Below are positions 35,995 to 44,578 of a stretch of DNA of 64,000 nucleotides, in pieces. This DNA comes from a virus, in the IMG/VR virus record IMGVR_UViG_3300048913_000256, positions 1 to 64,000 of that record. The stretch is one strand, 5' to 3'. Below the pieces are notes generated by a model. The model made no database searches. It was not told the DNA's origin and worked only from the letters and a program-made list of their open reading frames with translations. Numbering within the stretch: position 1 is the first letter of the stretch; each line of letters starts with the position of its first letter. The position numbers and the translations under genes were made by a program.

Positions 35995-37295
35995 GCAACC
36001 TTCGCCTCCTTCTCGCGGTGCTTACTTCGTGCGGCGCGCCACTTCTCGACGTCGTACACGTAGCCGTCGCGGGTGTCGTCGATAACCGTGAATTGTTTCG
36101 TTCCGAGCCAACCTGAACCCCATGTCCCAAGGAACGGCTCTCCGTACATTCGGAATCGAATCGTCGTGTCCCTCGATGTAATTTCGTGAACTCCGCTGGA
36201 GGAGCGGGTTACAACCACATCGCCAACCTGCGCTTCCGTCGGCTCCGGCGCGTTCAGATACTCGCGAGGCACGTCCAATCCGAGAGCGCGGCGCAGGGCA
36301 ATCGCCATTCCGATGTGAGCGTTGAACACGTCGCCGGGCGCACATGTCGCGTAGAACCGTGCCTTGTCACCCATGAAATCGCGAGTCTCTACCACAACGG
36401 TTCGGAACTCTCGGTTGATTCGGAATTTGACGCTAACCTCCTCCCGTTCATCCGATTTGAGCAGGCGCTCAACGTCAACCTTCGCCATCTCGACGATTTC
36501 AGCGCGCGTGTTCGGCGGCTCCGAAACTTTTTCGTCGGATACACCACCCGTTTTCGCGTTTTCAACTAGTCGCGAATGCTTCTGCGCTAGCTTGCGGCGA
36601 TCCTCTTCGCGACGCGCCCGCTCCATCGCGATACCTTCCGCAACGCCGCGATCGAACTCCGCCTTGCGCATGCTGTCGATCTGTTGCGCAATCACCGCGG
36701 CTCCTGCGCTGACTTCGATGGTTGCGCCGAGATTCGTGTGGAGCGTGGCTGTGGGCGCGGATTCGTCAGCGGACGCTTGGCTATCGTCAGCAATCGGAAG
36801 GAGGGCGCGGTACTCGGAGTGCCACATACAGTTGCGATCCCCCGCACGGTCACGAAACGCTACTTTAACTTCGTCGAGATCGATAACCTCGATCACATCG
36901 CCGTTTGCGTAATCGAACGCAAGTTTCGCATCAACAACGAGCACCTTCTCGCCCTCCTGCGCCGCACGTCCGGATTCCGCGAGTTGGTAGCGTGCGTTGT
37001 CGATGACTACGACGTCGGTCGGTTCGAGGACGACGTAATTACTCGGATAGATATTTGCCCCGCCGTGTTCTGAATTCCAACCTTTCGGATGCTTGATGAA
37101 CAGGGCACAGTCGCTACGTACTTCGATAACCTCGTAGACCTCGCCGACGCGGACACGGTGATCACGAGGAACCGTAATCTTAATCGATTCGCCGACATCC
37201 GCCTTCCGCGCCACCTCGCGATACTCGCGCATCACACCGCCAATCGTCGGATCTGCCATTACGTGAACGCCTACTTGCACCGTTTTCATCGCCAT
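35991..37295 (-). CDS. Hypothetical protein (434 aa) with two VAR..GE..GDV.EV..LEP-type domains
   Basis: EVARKADVGESIKITV...VGEVYEVIEV...YVVLEPTD and GRAAQEGEKVLVVD...NGDVIEVIDL. C-terminal CAPGDVFNAHIGMAIALRRALG motif. Confidence 0.6.
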   Translation of the reverse strand: MAMKTVQVGVHVMADPTIGGVMREYREVARKADVGESIKITVPRDHRVRVGEVYEVIEVRSDCALFIKHPKGWNSEHGGANIYPSNYVVLEPTDVVVIDNARYQLAESGRAAQEGEKVLVVDAKLAFDYANGDVIEVIDLDEVKVAFRDRAGDRNCMWHSEYRALLPIADDSQASADESAPTATLHTNLGATIEVSAGAAVIAQQIDSMRKAEFDRGVAEGIAMERARREEDRRKLAQKHSRLVENAKTGGVSDEKVSEPPNTRAEIVEMAKVDVERLLKSDEREEVSVKFRINREFRTVVVETRDFMGDKARFYATCAPGDVFNAHIGMAIALRRALGLDVPREYLNAPEPTEAQVGDVVVTRSSSGVHEITSRDTTIRFRMYGEPFLGTWGSGWLGTKQFTVIDDTRDGYVYDVEKWRAARSKHREKEAKVA

Positions 37296-37297
37296 CG

Positions 37298-37762
37298 TTA
37301 CATCGCCTCCTGTTCGGATTGGTTACGTTTCCCTGCAAAGAAATCGCGGACTCGCTGGAAGATCGAGTTCGGCGCGGATTTGCCGTTATAGACGCCCAAC
37401 TTCACGAGATCGGCCGCCTCGGTTCGAACCACCACTTTCGCCGGTTCCGCCTTGATGCCGAGGGCGACGCTAAGTTCGGTGTGCCGCGCCTTGTTGAAGC
37501 GCCAGCCGCGCGCCGTCTGTTCGTGCTGGCGAATCCAAACGATGGTATCTCCGACGACGAGGATTTCGAGATTGCCGTATTGGTACTTCGCCTTGCCCGC
37601 TTCGCGCGATTTCACATATCCGCCCTCATCCGCGATGATCACGTTCCGGGTCAACTTGCGCGCCGCCATGTCTTCGCTGATACCGACGTTGCCGCTGACG
37701 AACCGGCGATAATACGGGAGCACTCGCGGGTGCAGCGCCAGAATTTTGATATCGTTTTCCAT
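37298..37762 (-). CDS. Hypothetical protein (154 aa)
   Basis: Clean ORF downstream of promoter-like motif G. Confidence 0.55.
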   Translation of the reverse strand: MENDIKILALHPRVLPYYRRFVSGNVGISEDMAARKLTRNVIIADEGGYVKSREAGKAKYQYGNLEILVVGDTIVWIRQHEQTARGWRFNKARHTELSVALGIKAEPAKVVVRTEAADLVKLGVYNGKSAPNSIFQRVRDFFAGKRNQSEQEAM

Positions 37763-37831
37763 CGTCTATCATCCTCTCAATCGCAAGTCGCGCTGTATGG
37801 CGTCTAGTAGCCTCGCAGTGCGTTCGTAGAC

Positions 37832-37861
37832 TATCTCGGCACTCATTGGTCGGATGTCCGC
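37832..37861 (-). promoter_or_regulatory. Phage promoter-like motif, copy G
   Basis: Sense strand: gcggacatccgaccaatgagtgccgagata, 70 nt upstream of the 37762 start. Confidence 0.55.
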
Positions 37862-37908
37862 GAATAACGCGTCAGACGGGCGTACAGAAGGCGTACGCGT
37901 GTTCGTGA

Positions 37909-38769
37909 TCACAGGCGACCAAGCGCGGCGAGTTCGGCATACGTTAGTTGCGGCTCTGGGGCGGGTTCAGGCGTATGAGAGGCGACAAGGGCGGCGAGAT
38001 CATTGGCATACTGGACGAGGAAGGCGACCGTGGGGCGCGGGTATTGCGGAGATTTCCAGCGGCTGTATTCGTAGCGTTCGATGGCAACGTCGATCATGGC
38101 GACGATCTTCTCTGCGCTAAAATTGGCGAGTAACTTCGACTTGACCTGTGAGTTAGTAGCGGCGTAGTTCTTGATGACGAAATCATCGCCATATCGTTCC
38201 TTGTATTTGGCGCAAAAGTACTTCGTGATATCTGGCGCTTTATACTCAGCGATACTCTTTTCTGTCGCTGCCTTCGACGGAGTCGCTATGTCTTTTTCTA
38301 GGTCTTGATCTTTAGATCTTGATATATAGTTATTGATCGGGTTTCCTACGCTACCAGTAATGGTAACCTCGGCTACCAGTGTGGTTTCCCTCGCTACCAT
38401 CTCGGTCATTTTCGCAACGTCGATTTCATCCGCCGATAACGGGTCATGGACCGTATATTGCACCTTCACACGACCGCCTCCGATCGGAACGCGCTCGATC
38501 TCGACCAGCCCCGCGCCCACCAACTTCGCATCAATCGTCGCGAGCGTTTTCTTCGCGATCCCGAGCGTCTGCGCGACGGTATTGCGCCCCGGCCACGCTT
38601 TCCCGAAACGCGGGTCCTTCGGGTTCGTCATGCGGCGGTCGAGCAGATACAGGTAGTAGAGCAGCGCATCCTTACCGATGACCGGCAGGTAGTGCGTCCA
38701 CACCTCGCGATAGACAGGCGTCCATCCGCCGCGCAGGTTGCCGGTGATTGGCGCTTGTTCGTGAGTCAT
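37909..38769 (-). CDS. Replisome organizer / replication initiator-like wHTH protein
   Basis: WPGRNTVAQTLGIAKKTLATIDAKLVGAGLVEIERV winged helix. Located upstream of the loader/helicase genes. Confidence 0.55.
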   Translation of the reverse strand: MTHEQAPITGNLRGGWTPVYREVWTHYLPVIGKDALLYYLYLLDRRMTNPKDPRFGKAWPGRNTVAQTLGIAKKTLATIDAKLVGAGLVEIERVPIGGGRVKVQYTVHDPLSADEIDVAKMTEMVARETTLVAEVTITGSVGNPINNYISRSKDQDLEKDIATPSKAATEKSIAEYKAPDITKYFCAKYKERYGDDFVIKNYAATNSQVKSKLLANFSAEKIVAMIDVAIERYEYSRWKSPQYPRPTVAFLVQYANDLAALVASHTPEPAPEPQLTYAELAALGRL

Positions 38770-38903
38770 GCGAGACGCACCCCTTTCAGGCGACCTGTCA
38801 GCGCGAGTTCGATCAGGCGCTGGAGCGCAGCCTCCTCTTCGGCGCAGGTGCAATCGCTGAACCGGCGGTCACATGCGGGACAACGCGACATTGGCGGCTT
38901 CAT
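38766..38903 (-). CDS. 45-aa Cys-rich protein; absent from the ORF track
   Basis: ATGA overlaps at both ends. Sequence MKPPMSRCPACDRRFSDCTCAEEE... Confidence 0.45.
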   Translation of the reverse strand: MKPPMSRCPACDRRFSDCTCAEEEAALQRLIELALTGRLKGVRLA

Positions 38904-39133
38904 GCGCCTTCACCGCCTGCCTCGTAGAACAGAACGATGGAACCGCGGTCATGCTCTTGGATCGAAACGATCTGCGCGCGAGTGATGCGATGAGCGGCGA
39001 TGTAATCGTTGAGTTGGTCGATGGTGTCGCGTGCGTTGGGATCGAGCTTAAACGGCTCGTCGTAGTTATAGCCGCCACCTTCGGCACGGAAATAGACCGG
39101 CGGATGGAAAATGATGCGCTTGATTTCGTTCAT
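38900..39133 (-). CDS. Hypothetical protein (77 aa)
   Basis: GAGGAGG SD. First gene after promoter-like motif H. Confidence 0.55.
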   Translation of the reverse strand: MNEIKRIIFHPPVYFRAEGGGYNYDEPFKLDPNARDTIDQLNDYIAAHRITRAQIVSIQEHDRGSIVLFYEAGGEGA

Positions 39134-39164
39134 GGGCGTTCCTCCTCGTTTGGGTATCGTAGGA

Positions 39165-39194
39165 GAACTCGCGGGAGGTGGCGCGGGTGTCCGA
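39165..39194 (-). promoter_or_regulatory. Phage promoter-like motif, copy H (degenerate)
   Basis: Sense strand: tcggacacccgcgccacctcccgcgagttc, directly after the terminator at 39200-39233. Confidence 0.4.
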
Positions 39195-39199
39195 AGACA

Positions 39200-39233
39200 A
39201 TAAAAAAGACGCTGAGGCTTTTGCCGTCGCGTC
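39200..39233 (-). terminator. Intrinsic terminator
   Basis: Sense strand: AGACGC-loop-GCGTCT followed by TTTTTTATT. Confidence 0.65.
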
Positions 39234-39238
39234 TCTTA

Positions 39239-39267
39239 TTGATTAAAATTTTAATACGTGCTATTAT
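39239..39267 (+). promoter_or_regulatory. Sigma-A-type promoter
   Basis: TTGATT, a 17-nt spacer, then TATTAT. Confidence 0.6.
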
Positions 39268-39358
39268 CCGTGTACGGCCCTTTTAGGTTCTCCTAAAGAT
39301 GGCGCGGATTCTGACTCTAAATTAGAGTTACCGCCGTTGGAAAGGAGGTGGCTAAGTC

Positions 39359-39472
39359 ATGGTACTGGAAATACAGAACGTGATGATAACGGTTGATATT
39401 AACCTGTCGCTGTTCGCCGCAGCATTACAGGTGGCCGTTGCCGCCGTACGCCAAAAGAACGACCTTCGCTAA
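39359..39472 (+). CDS. 37-aa hydrophobic peptide (type I toxin-like); absent from the ORF track
   Basis: AAAGGAGGTG + 8 nt + ATG. Sequence MVLEIQNVMITVDINLSLFAAALQVAVAAVRQKNDLR. It has its own promoter and terminator. Confidence 0.45.
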   Translation: MVLEIQNVMITVDINLSLFAAALQVAVAAVRQKNDLR

Positions 39473-39490
39473 CCGCGAGGGTTTTTCTTT
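39463..39490 (+). terminator. Intrinsic terminator after the 37-aa ORF
   Basis: CCTTCGC-taacc-GCGAGGG followed by TTTTTCTTTT. Confidence 0.55.
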
Positions 39491-39597
39491 TATTTTAGAA
39501 CTGCGGTGGACAGACGTCTTGCTTGTTAGGAATCGGCGGTTGGTATCCGTTTGGGGTCGGCGGTTCAAACTTTCGCATTTGTTGTCACCCCCTTTCG

Positions 39598-40065
39598 CTA
39601 ATTGATGTTCCCTGCGCGTAACCGATCCCAGCGCTTCGGCTCGATAACCACCGTCTGTGTCGAGGATAGCTTCGGAAGCCATTGACGAATGAACTGGCGC
39701 GCCTCCACGACATGGATCACGAGAAGGTTTTTATATGAGTTTCCGCAACCGAACTCGGTACGTAATTCGGCATACAGAGTGCTCTTTACGCTCGCGGGAA
39801 GACCGAGTTCTTCGCAGACTCGCTTGTTGATGAGTTTGCTGATCTCGCGCTCGGTTTTCTGATCTATACGGAGCGCCGCATCGTTCTTGTAGACCAAGGT
39901 TCGCACCGCCGACTCGTTCGCATCGAGGCGTTTGCTGGCGTTTTTCTCAAAACGTTCGAGTTTCGCATCCATGAAGTATGTGTTCTGGCGAACGTGTGCA
40001 ACGTCGCCTCCGAGACGTTCGATTTCGGCCTGCATTGCGGCAATCACCTGTAGAATTTGTTCCAT
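39598..40065 (-). CDS. Hypothetical protein (155 aa), coiled-coil N-terminus
   Basis: Clean ORF. A resemblance to ORF6C-type phage regulatory domains is only an impression. Confidence 0.5.
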   Translation of the reverse strand: MEQILQVIAAMQAEIERLGGDVAHVRQNTYFMDAKLERFEKNASKRLDANESAVRTLVYKNDAALRIDQKTEREISKLINKRVCEELGLPASVKSTLYAELRTEFGCGNSYKNLLVIHVVEARQFIRQWLPKLSSTQTVVIEPKRWDRLRAGNIN

Positions 40066-40138
40066 CGTTTACCCTCCCGTAGTCTTGCGATTTGGACTCG
40101 TTCATTTACTCGTCAACGCTCTACGGTCTTGTCCGGGG

Positions 40139-41458
40139 TTACGCTAGATTCGTTTGGTCAGGTAAAAGCTTGAAACGCGGAAACTCTCGCCGTTCAACGT
40201 CATTCGGGCGCAACTCCTCGACACGCTCGAGCAGCTCCGTAAGTGCCGCGATTCCAGTCGCTATGGCGACGACATACTGCTCGTATCCTTCACGCGATAG
40301 CCGCTTGCAGTCTTTCGCAAGTTCCGTGTAGGTTGCGATCTGAGCGATGTATCCAGCGAACTGAATTGATCCTCCGATGAAGACGCTAGACTCACGGAGT
40401 TCGGTGATCTCGAGGTCCCTCCGTTCGATTTCTTCGAGAAGTCGCGCGCGTTCGGCGTCATTGGCGGCGTTATCGAGTTGATTGCTGAGATTCGATCTCT
40501 CGTCGATGAGGCGGTCAATTTTCGCATCCCTCTCCTTGACCTCGTTACCCTTCTCGACGATCTCCTCGTTGAGTTCGCGTACGATGCGCTTGGCGTCGTT
40601 AAGTTCACTTTCGAGGTATTTGATGCGCTGCACGTCCTCGGGCGATCGCTCACCTACCGGTTTCTGGCGCGCCATCGTGAGGTCGCGGTTCAGCTCGTCG
40701 ACTGTGTTGCGAGATTGCGTGAGCTGGCGCGTGAGATCCTCGATCGTGGCGGCGTTGCGCGATGCAGCGTCTTGTGCGGTCTTTACTTTGTCGTCCATTT
40801 CGGCGCGGATCTTCTTCGCCTCGGCGACGGTGACTTTCTTCGTGTACTCGCGGATACCGTCATAGGCGCGTTGCTGCGCTTCAGGCGAGAGACAAGCGAA
40901 CTCGTACGCAGCGGTTGCGTTGAGTTCGCCTTTCTCGACCATGAGTTCGAGCGGGCGGATGAGTTCGTTGAGTTTGTCCAGTTTATCTACCATAGAGCCG
41001 GATACGCCCACCTCATTAGCGACGATGTCTCGCGTATTCCCTTTTAACTCCTGTGAATTATTATCAGGAGTCGTGTCGAGATCCGAGCGTTTCCCCTGAC
41101 GGTTTCCGATCAATTGCTTCTTGCGTCGAATCGCCTTCGCCATTTCCATATGGGTAAGCGTCCTAGTCCGCGTGTTCGCGTCGATCAGCGCTTCCTCGGC
41201 CTCACTCGCATCACGGAACTCTCGAATAATGCACGGAACCTCGTCCCACTCAAGAATACGCGCCGCTCTCGTACGCTGGTGTCCAGAGATGATCGTGAAG
41301 GACACGCCGTCGCGGATTACGACAACCGGATGTTGCATCCCGAGAGACTCGATACTTCCCGCCAATTCACCGAGTTCCTCTTCGTCAAGTGTGCGGAAAA
41401 AGTTGCGCGGGTGCTCTTTCAGTTGCTCTATCGGAATCATCGTGATCTTTTCGCTCAT
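40139..41458 (-). CDS. ParB-like nuclease-domain protein with a long coiled coil
   Basis: IPIEQLKEHPRNFFR...IISGHQRTRAA (ParB N-terminal domain). GGGAGGA SD before ATG 41458. Confidence 0.7.
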   Translation of the reverse strand: MSEKITMIPIEQLKEHPRNFFRTLDEEELGELAGSIESLGMQHPVVVIRDGVSFTIISGHQRTRAARILEWDEVPCIIREFRDASEAEEALIDANTRTRTLTHMEMAKAIRRKKQLIGNRQGKRSDLDTTPDNNSQELKGNTRDIVANEVGVSGSMVDKLDKLNELIRPLELMVEKGELNATAAYEFACLSPEAQQRAYDGIREYTKKVTVAEAKKIRAEMDDKVKTAQDAASRNAATIEDLTRQLTQSRNTVDELNRDLTMARQKPVGERSPEDVQRIKYLESELNDAKRIVRELNEEIVEKGNEVKERDAKIDRLIDERSNLSNQLDNAANDAERARLLEEIERRDLEITELRESSVFIGGSIQFAGYIAQIATYTELAKDCKRLSREGYEQYVVAIATGIAALTELLERVEELRPNDVERREFPRFKLLPDQTNLA

Positions 41459-41471
41459 TGTCGTATCCTCC

Positions 41472-42071
41472 CTATCGCGCCACGCGGCTCGTGTGCTTCG
41501 ATTTTTCACGCAGATACTGTTGGTGGTTCTTGAACAGCTCAGGCGCTAGGTTCACGACTTCACGCGATGAGAGTTCGAGATCCGCATCCGTACGATAGAG
41601 CGCTCTTTGCTCGGCGGTAAGACCGGGATTGCGTGCGGATACGCCGGTGAAGTGCTCACGAACTTCCTCGCGAAGTTCGAACAGACGCTCCTCTGAAGCT
41701 TCAAACGGGAGGGCTGCGTCGCCGATCGCCTCTACGCGGCCGTCGAGCGACTCCGAGTGCTCACGATCCTTCTTCCCTTTGTCGAGGAGATCGTAGACTC
41801 GCGAAGTGACTGCGCGGGTAAGTACTTTGATGAACGGTCCCTTGTCAGCGGAAGTGTATCGGCGGACCTCGTTCCAGACAGCCTCGAGATAAGCGGATTC
41901 GATGTCGCACGGATCAAGCGATTTGAATTTCGAGAAGGTTGCGAACGTTTTCGCCTTATGCTCGTCTAACTTCGCGATGAGCCGGTTAAACTGAGAATCA
42001 TCGGAACGTGTGAGGCCGCGATTTGCTGCGAGTGCCAGAGCGGTGATCGTTGCAGAGTTTGCGTTTTTCAT
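41472..42071 (-). CDS. Putative ECF-sized sigma-70-family factor (early regulator)
   Basis: Region-2-like IESAYLEAVWNEVRRY...FIKVLTRAVTSRVYDLL and region-4-like LTAEQRALYRTDADLELSSREVVNL. First gene of the leftward operon leaving the immunity region. Confidence 0.4.
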   Translation of the reverse strand: MKNANSATITALALAANRGLTRSDDSQFNRLIAKLDEHKAKTFATFSKFKSLDPCDIESAYLEAVWNEVRRYTSADKGPFIKVLTRAVTSRVYDLLDKGKKDREHSESLDGRVEAIGDAALPFEASEERLFELREEVREHFTGVSARNPGLTAEQRALYRTDADLELSSREVVNLAPELFKNHQQYLREKSKHTSRVAR

Positions 42072-42281
42072 TCGGGATCATCTCCTGATTTTCGGAATGG
42101 TAACTAATTCCCATTTCTCGAAAGGAGGCGACTCTTGCGAAAGTTAGACCGATTATTTGAAAATAGAACGTTAGTTCGCTTTAATGCAATCGGCAACTAT
42201 CGTAAGATGTAAGTAGTGTCACGCCATTGACATTCAGTGTCAGTCCGTTGTACATTTGACTTAACACAACTAGAATAAAAT

Positions 42282-42477
42282 GGCCAGACATCGCCTCACC
42301 ATCGAGATACCTGTTACGTGAGCCTCGCAACCGATCGCCAAATCGATGCGCAGCGTCTCAGGGCGGAGCCAATCGCCCGAGAATTACCGTGTGTCCCAAC
42401 CAACTAAAGATTCGTGATCGTGCCGCCAAGCACGTTTCACAACAGCAAAGGGCGCGGGTGCAACCGTGTCCTTTTTT
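42282..42477 (+). ncRNA. Candidate structured small RNA in the immunity intergenic region
   Basis: A GC-normal islet in AT-rich DNA with no ORF. It has a weak GGCCAGA-N14-CGAGATA motif at its 5' side, several hairpins, and a terminator hairpin at 42450-42471 followed by T6. Confidence 0.25.
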
Positions 42478-42739
42478 CGTTTTACTAGCAACGCGCCAAC
42501 GCACTATGTAAAACGATATTTCGTTTAACTATTACTATTGATAGACTAATAATACAGTATCGGAAATATTCGAGCAATAGCGAAACATGTCGAAACAAGT
42601 TCACAATACTCCTTATTACTAGAATACTTGGAAACTTCTACGAGTGTCAATCGTATTATACTAGATTCATACAATGTAAGAATAAAGACGCACGTGATAT
42701 AGTTTTACTATTAGACGTTTTTGGAAAGAGGTTGATAAC

Positions 42740-43051
42740 ATGGGGAACTTTCGCGTCAAAGGTGAGGAGATTCGGAAATTACGAGAGGTCATTGGGTGGA
42801 CAGGTGGTGAATTAGCAGAACGTGTCGGGACACACATGCAAGTGCTATATAGAATAGAGCAAGGTAGAGAGAAGCCCTCTATGTCTCTATTAACCGATTT
42901 TGCAAGAGCACTTGGAGTTCCTGTCTCGGAGTTGATTGAAGTTGAGCAAACATCGTCGATGGGATTCTTGCGATCTGGCCCTATCGTGATGGATATTCCT
43001 CCTGAGTTAGTAGAGCCTTTTATAGCAATTGTAAGATCGCATAAGAAGTGA
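42740..43051 (+). CDS. XRE-family HTH repressor-like protein (103 aa)
   Basis: ELAERVGTHMQVLYRIEQGREKPSMSLLTDFARALGV. Divergent from the early leftward operon. Confidence 0.75.
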   Translation: MGNFRVKGEEIRKLREVIGWTGGELAERVGTHMQVLYRIEQGREKPSMSLLTDFARALGVPVSELIEVEQTSSMGFLRSGPIVMDIPPELVEPFIAIVRSHKK

Positions 43052-43052
43052 T

Positions 43053-43082
43053 TTGACCCTTAATATACTACTGCAGTATAAT
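43053..43082 (+). promoter_or_regulatory. Sigma-A-type promoter overlapped by a 10-bp palindrome
   Basis: TTGACC, an 18-nt spacer, then TATAAT. The palindrome TACTGCAGTA lies at 43069-43078. Confidence 0.5.
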
Positions 43083-43107
43083 ACAGATAGATGGGAGGTG
43101 CCTAATT

Positions 43108-44361
43108 ATGCACTTAACTGGCGATCAGATTAAAGTTAGACGAAAGGAATTAAACTTGTCACAGAAACAACTCGCTGATCTCGCGGGGGTATCACGAAGT
43201 TATATTGCACAGATTGAGGCCGGCACGGCTACAAATGTCTCTGACGAGCACGTCCGTAGTATCGCTGCGGCCTTAATGCTACCGACAACGGAACAAACTG
43301 GCGATGACAACATCCCACTAACCGTTCGAATCGCACAACTGCAAGTCGACTTCGAATCGAATGAGCATGACTTGGCGTTGATGATTTCGCGAGCAGCCGA
43401 AATTGAGCGTTGTCTTGCGACTGACCGACGATCCGTTCACGCAGGTGATTTATTCACGTTATCAGCTCGTATGCTTCGTAAAAAAGGAGATTACTCTTCC
43501 GCCTATCGACACGCTTACGATGCGCAATCAGCCTATTCACTCTGCTCCGAAGTATACCGATGGTGCAAGGCTACCTACGAAATAGCGAGTATAGATTTCT
43601 ATAAATCAGAATATGGACATGCTATAGAACTATTTCGACAAATTGACACGCGCCTGCGTGAAACTGGGTTTCCTGATGACACTTTCAAAACACAACTGTA
43701 CGTGTCACTAGCTACCGCACTATCGGCTATCGGGGAGGTGGATGAAGCAATTTCCTTTGCGATGCGTGTAGAAGGCAATATCGAGTTCATTGAGGAGACG
43801 CAAAGGGATCGAGTTCGCGCCAACAATAACTACTTGCGTGGAATTGCTTCAGCCTCGACTGGTTCGTTTGAGGACGCTCTACGTTTTCTTAACATTGCAC
43901 TCGCACAATTCGAGGATATAAGCGATGGTCGAAATGTGTTGCGTATGAAAAATAATATTGCTCGCTTGTACTTCAAAAAAGGCGACATTCAGTACGCAAC
44001 CGAACTAGTTGAGAACATTCGAAATCTGGATAACTTCTCATCTCTTCCGTGGGACGACACATCTGAAACTATTTTACTTTTAGCTCAAATCGCTGAAGCC
44101 CGGTCGCACTTTCCTGTTGCGGTCGAAAATTGCGAATACTTAATCAAAAAAGGGGCAGATCCCGCCACAATGGCAAGAGCACATAGAGTCCTTGCATGGT
44201 GCTCCTACAAAGAGGGAAATCTTAGCGGTTTCAACAAGAGTATTACTGACGCACTCACCGCTCTCGATAATGCCCCTTTCCAAAAAGTGTTGGGGTTCGA
44301 ACTAATGCGTGAGTATATGATCGTTAACCATAGGCCAGATAGCCTTGTTCTAAAATTATAA
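43108..44361 (+). CDS. HTH(XRE)-TPR receptor-type regulator (RNPP/AimR-like architecture)
   Basis: N-terminal LSQKQLADLAGVSRSYIAQIEAG, followed by ~350 aa of TPR-like helical repeats (e.g. FEDALRFLNIALAQF, NIARLYFKKGDIQYATELVENI). Confidence 0.7.
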   Translation: MHLTGDQIKVRRKELNLSQKQLADLAGVSRSYIAQIEAGTATNVSDEHVRSIAAALMLPTTEQTGDDNIPLTVRIAQLQVDFESNEHDLALMISRAAEIERCLATDRRSVHAGDLFTLSARMLRKKGDYSSAYRHAYDAQSAYSLCSEVYRWCKATYEIASIDFYKSEYGHAIELFRQIDTRLRETGFPDDTFKTQLYVSLATALSAIGEVDEAISFAMRVEGNIEFIEETQRDRVRANNNYLRGIASASTGSFEDALRFLNIALAQFEDISDGRNVLRMKNNIARLYFKKGDIQYATELVENIRNLDNFSSLPWDDTSETILLLAQIAEARSHFPVAVENCEYLIKKGADPATMARAHRVLAWCSYKEGNLSGFNKSITDALTALDNAPFQKVLGFELMREYMIVNHRPDSLVLKL

Positions 44362-44393
44362 AAACCACGATCCGCTATGGACGTGGTTTTTTT
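44359..44393. terminator. Bidirectional terminator between the receptor gene and the peptide gene
   Basis: AAAAACCACG-loop-CGTGGTTTTTTT. Confidence 0.75.
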
Positions 44394-44404
44394 GATTCTC
44401 CCTT

Positions 44405-44578
44405 TTATACTGTATATGATCCGGGAAGCGGTGGTTGCCAATCAGCTACTTTATCGCTCTGGTACGCACCCGGAAGCGGCGGTTGATACTCGGATACCTT
44501 CGCAACCTCTACGCCACCGGCCGCCACTAGCGCCACCAGCGCGATCCCCGCCATCCATCGTTTCATTTTCGTCATCAT
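44405..44578 (-). CDS. 57-aa secreted pro-peptide with a tandem QPPLPG(A/S)Y repeat; absent from the ORF track
   Basis: GGGGGA + 8 nt + ATGATG. Sequence MMTKMKRWMAGIALVALVAAGGVEVAKVSEYQPPLPGAYQSDKVADWQPPLPGSYTV. TATAAT (sense) at 44621-44626. Confidence 0.6.
   Translation of the reverse strand: MMTKMKRWMAGIALVALVAAGGVEVAKVSEYQPPLPGAYQSDKVADWQPPLPGSYTV

Noticed and set aside
39393-39605. 70-aa plus-strand ORF in the 39.2-39.6 kb gap
   Set aside because: It has no SD and reads through a terminator. The SD-preceded 37-aa ORF in another frame is the better candidate.
30975-42552. Shared 13-14-mer TTGATAGACTAAT upstream of the two AT-rich plus-strand loci
   Set aside because: A handful of exact 14-mer coincidences are expected by chance in 64 kb on both strands, more so in AT-rich DNA. 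There is no extended similarity.
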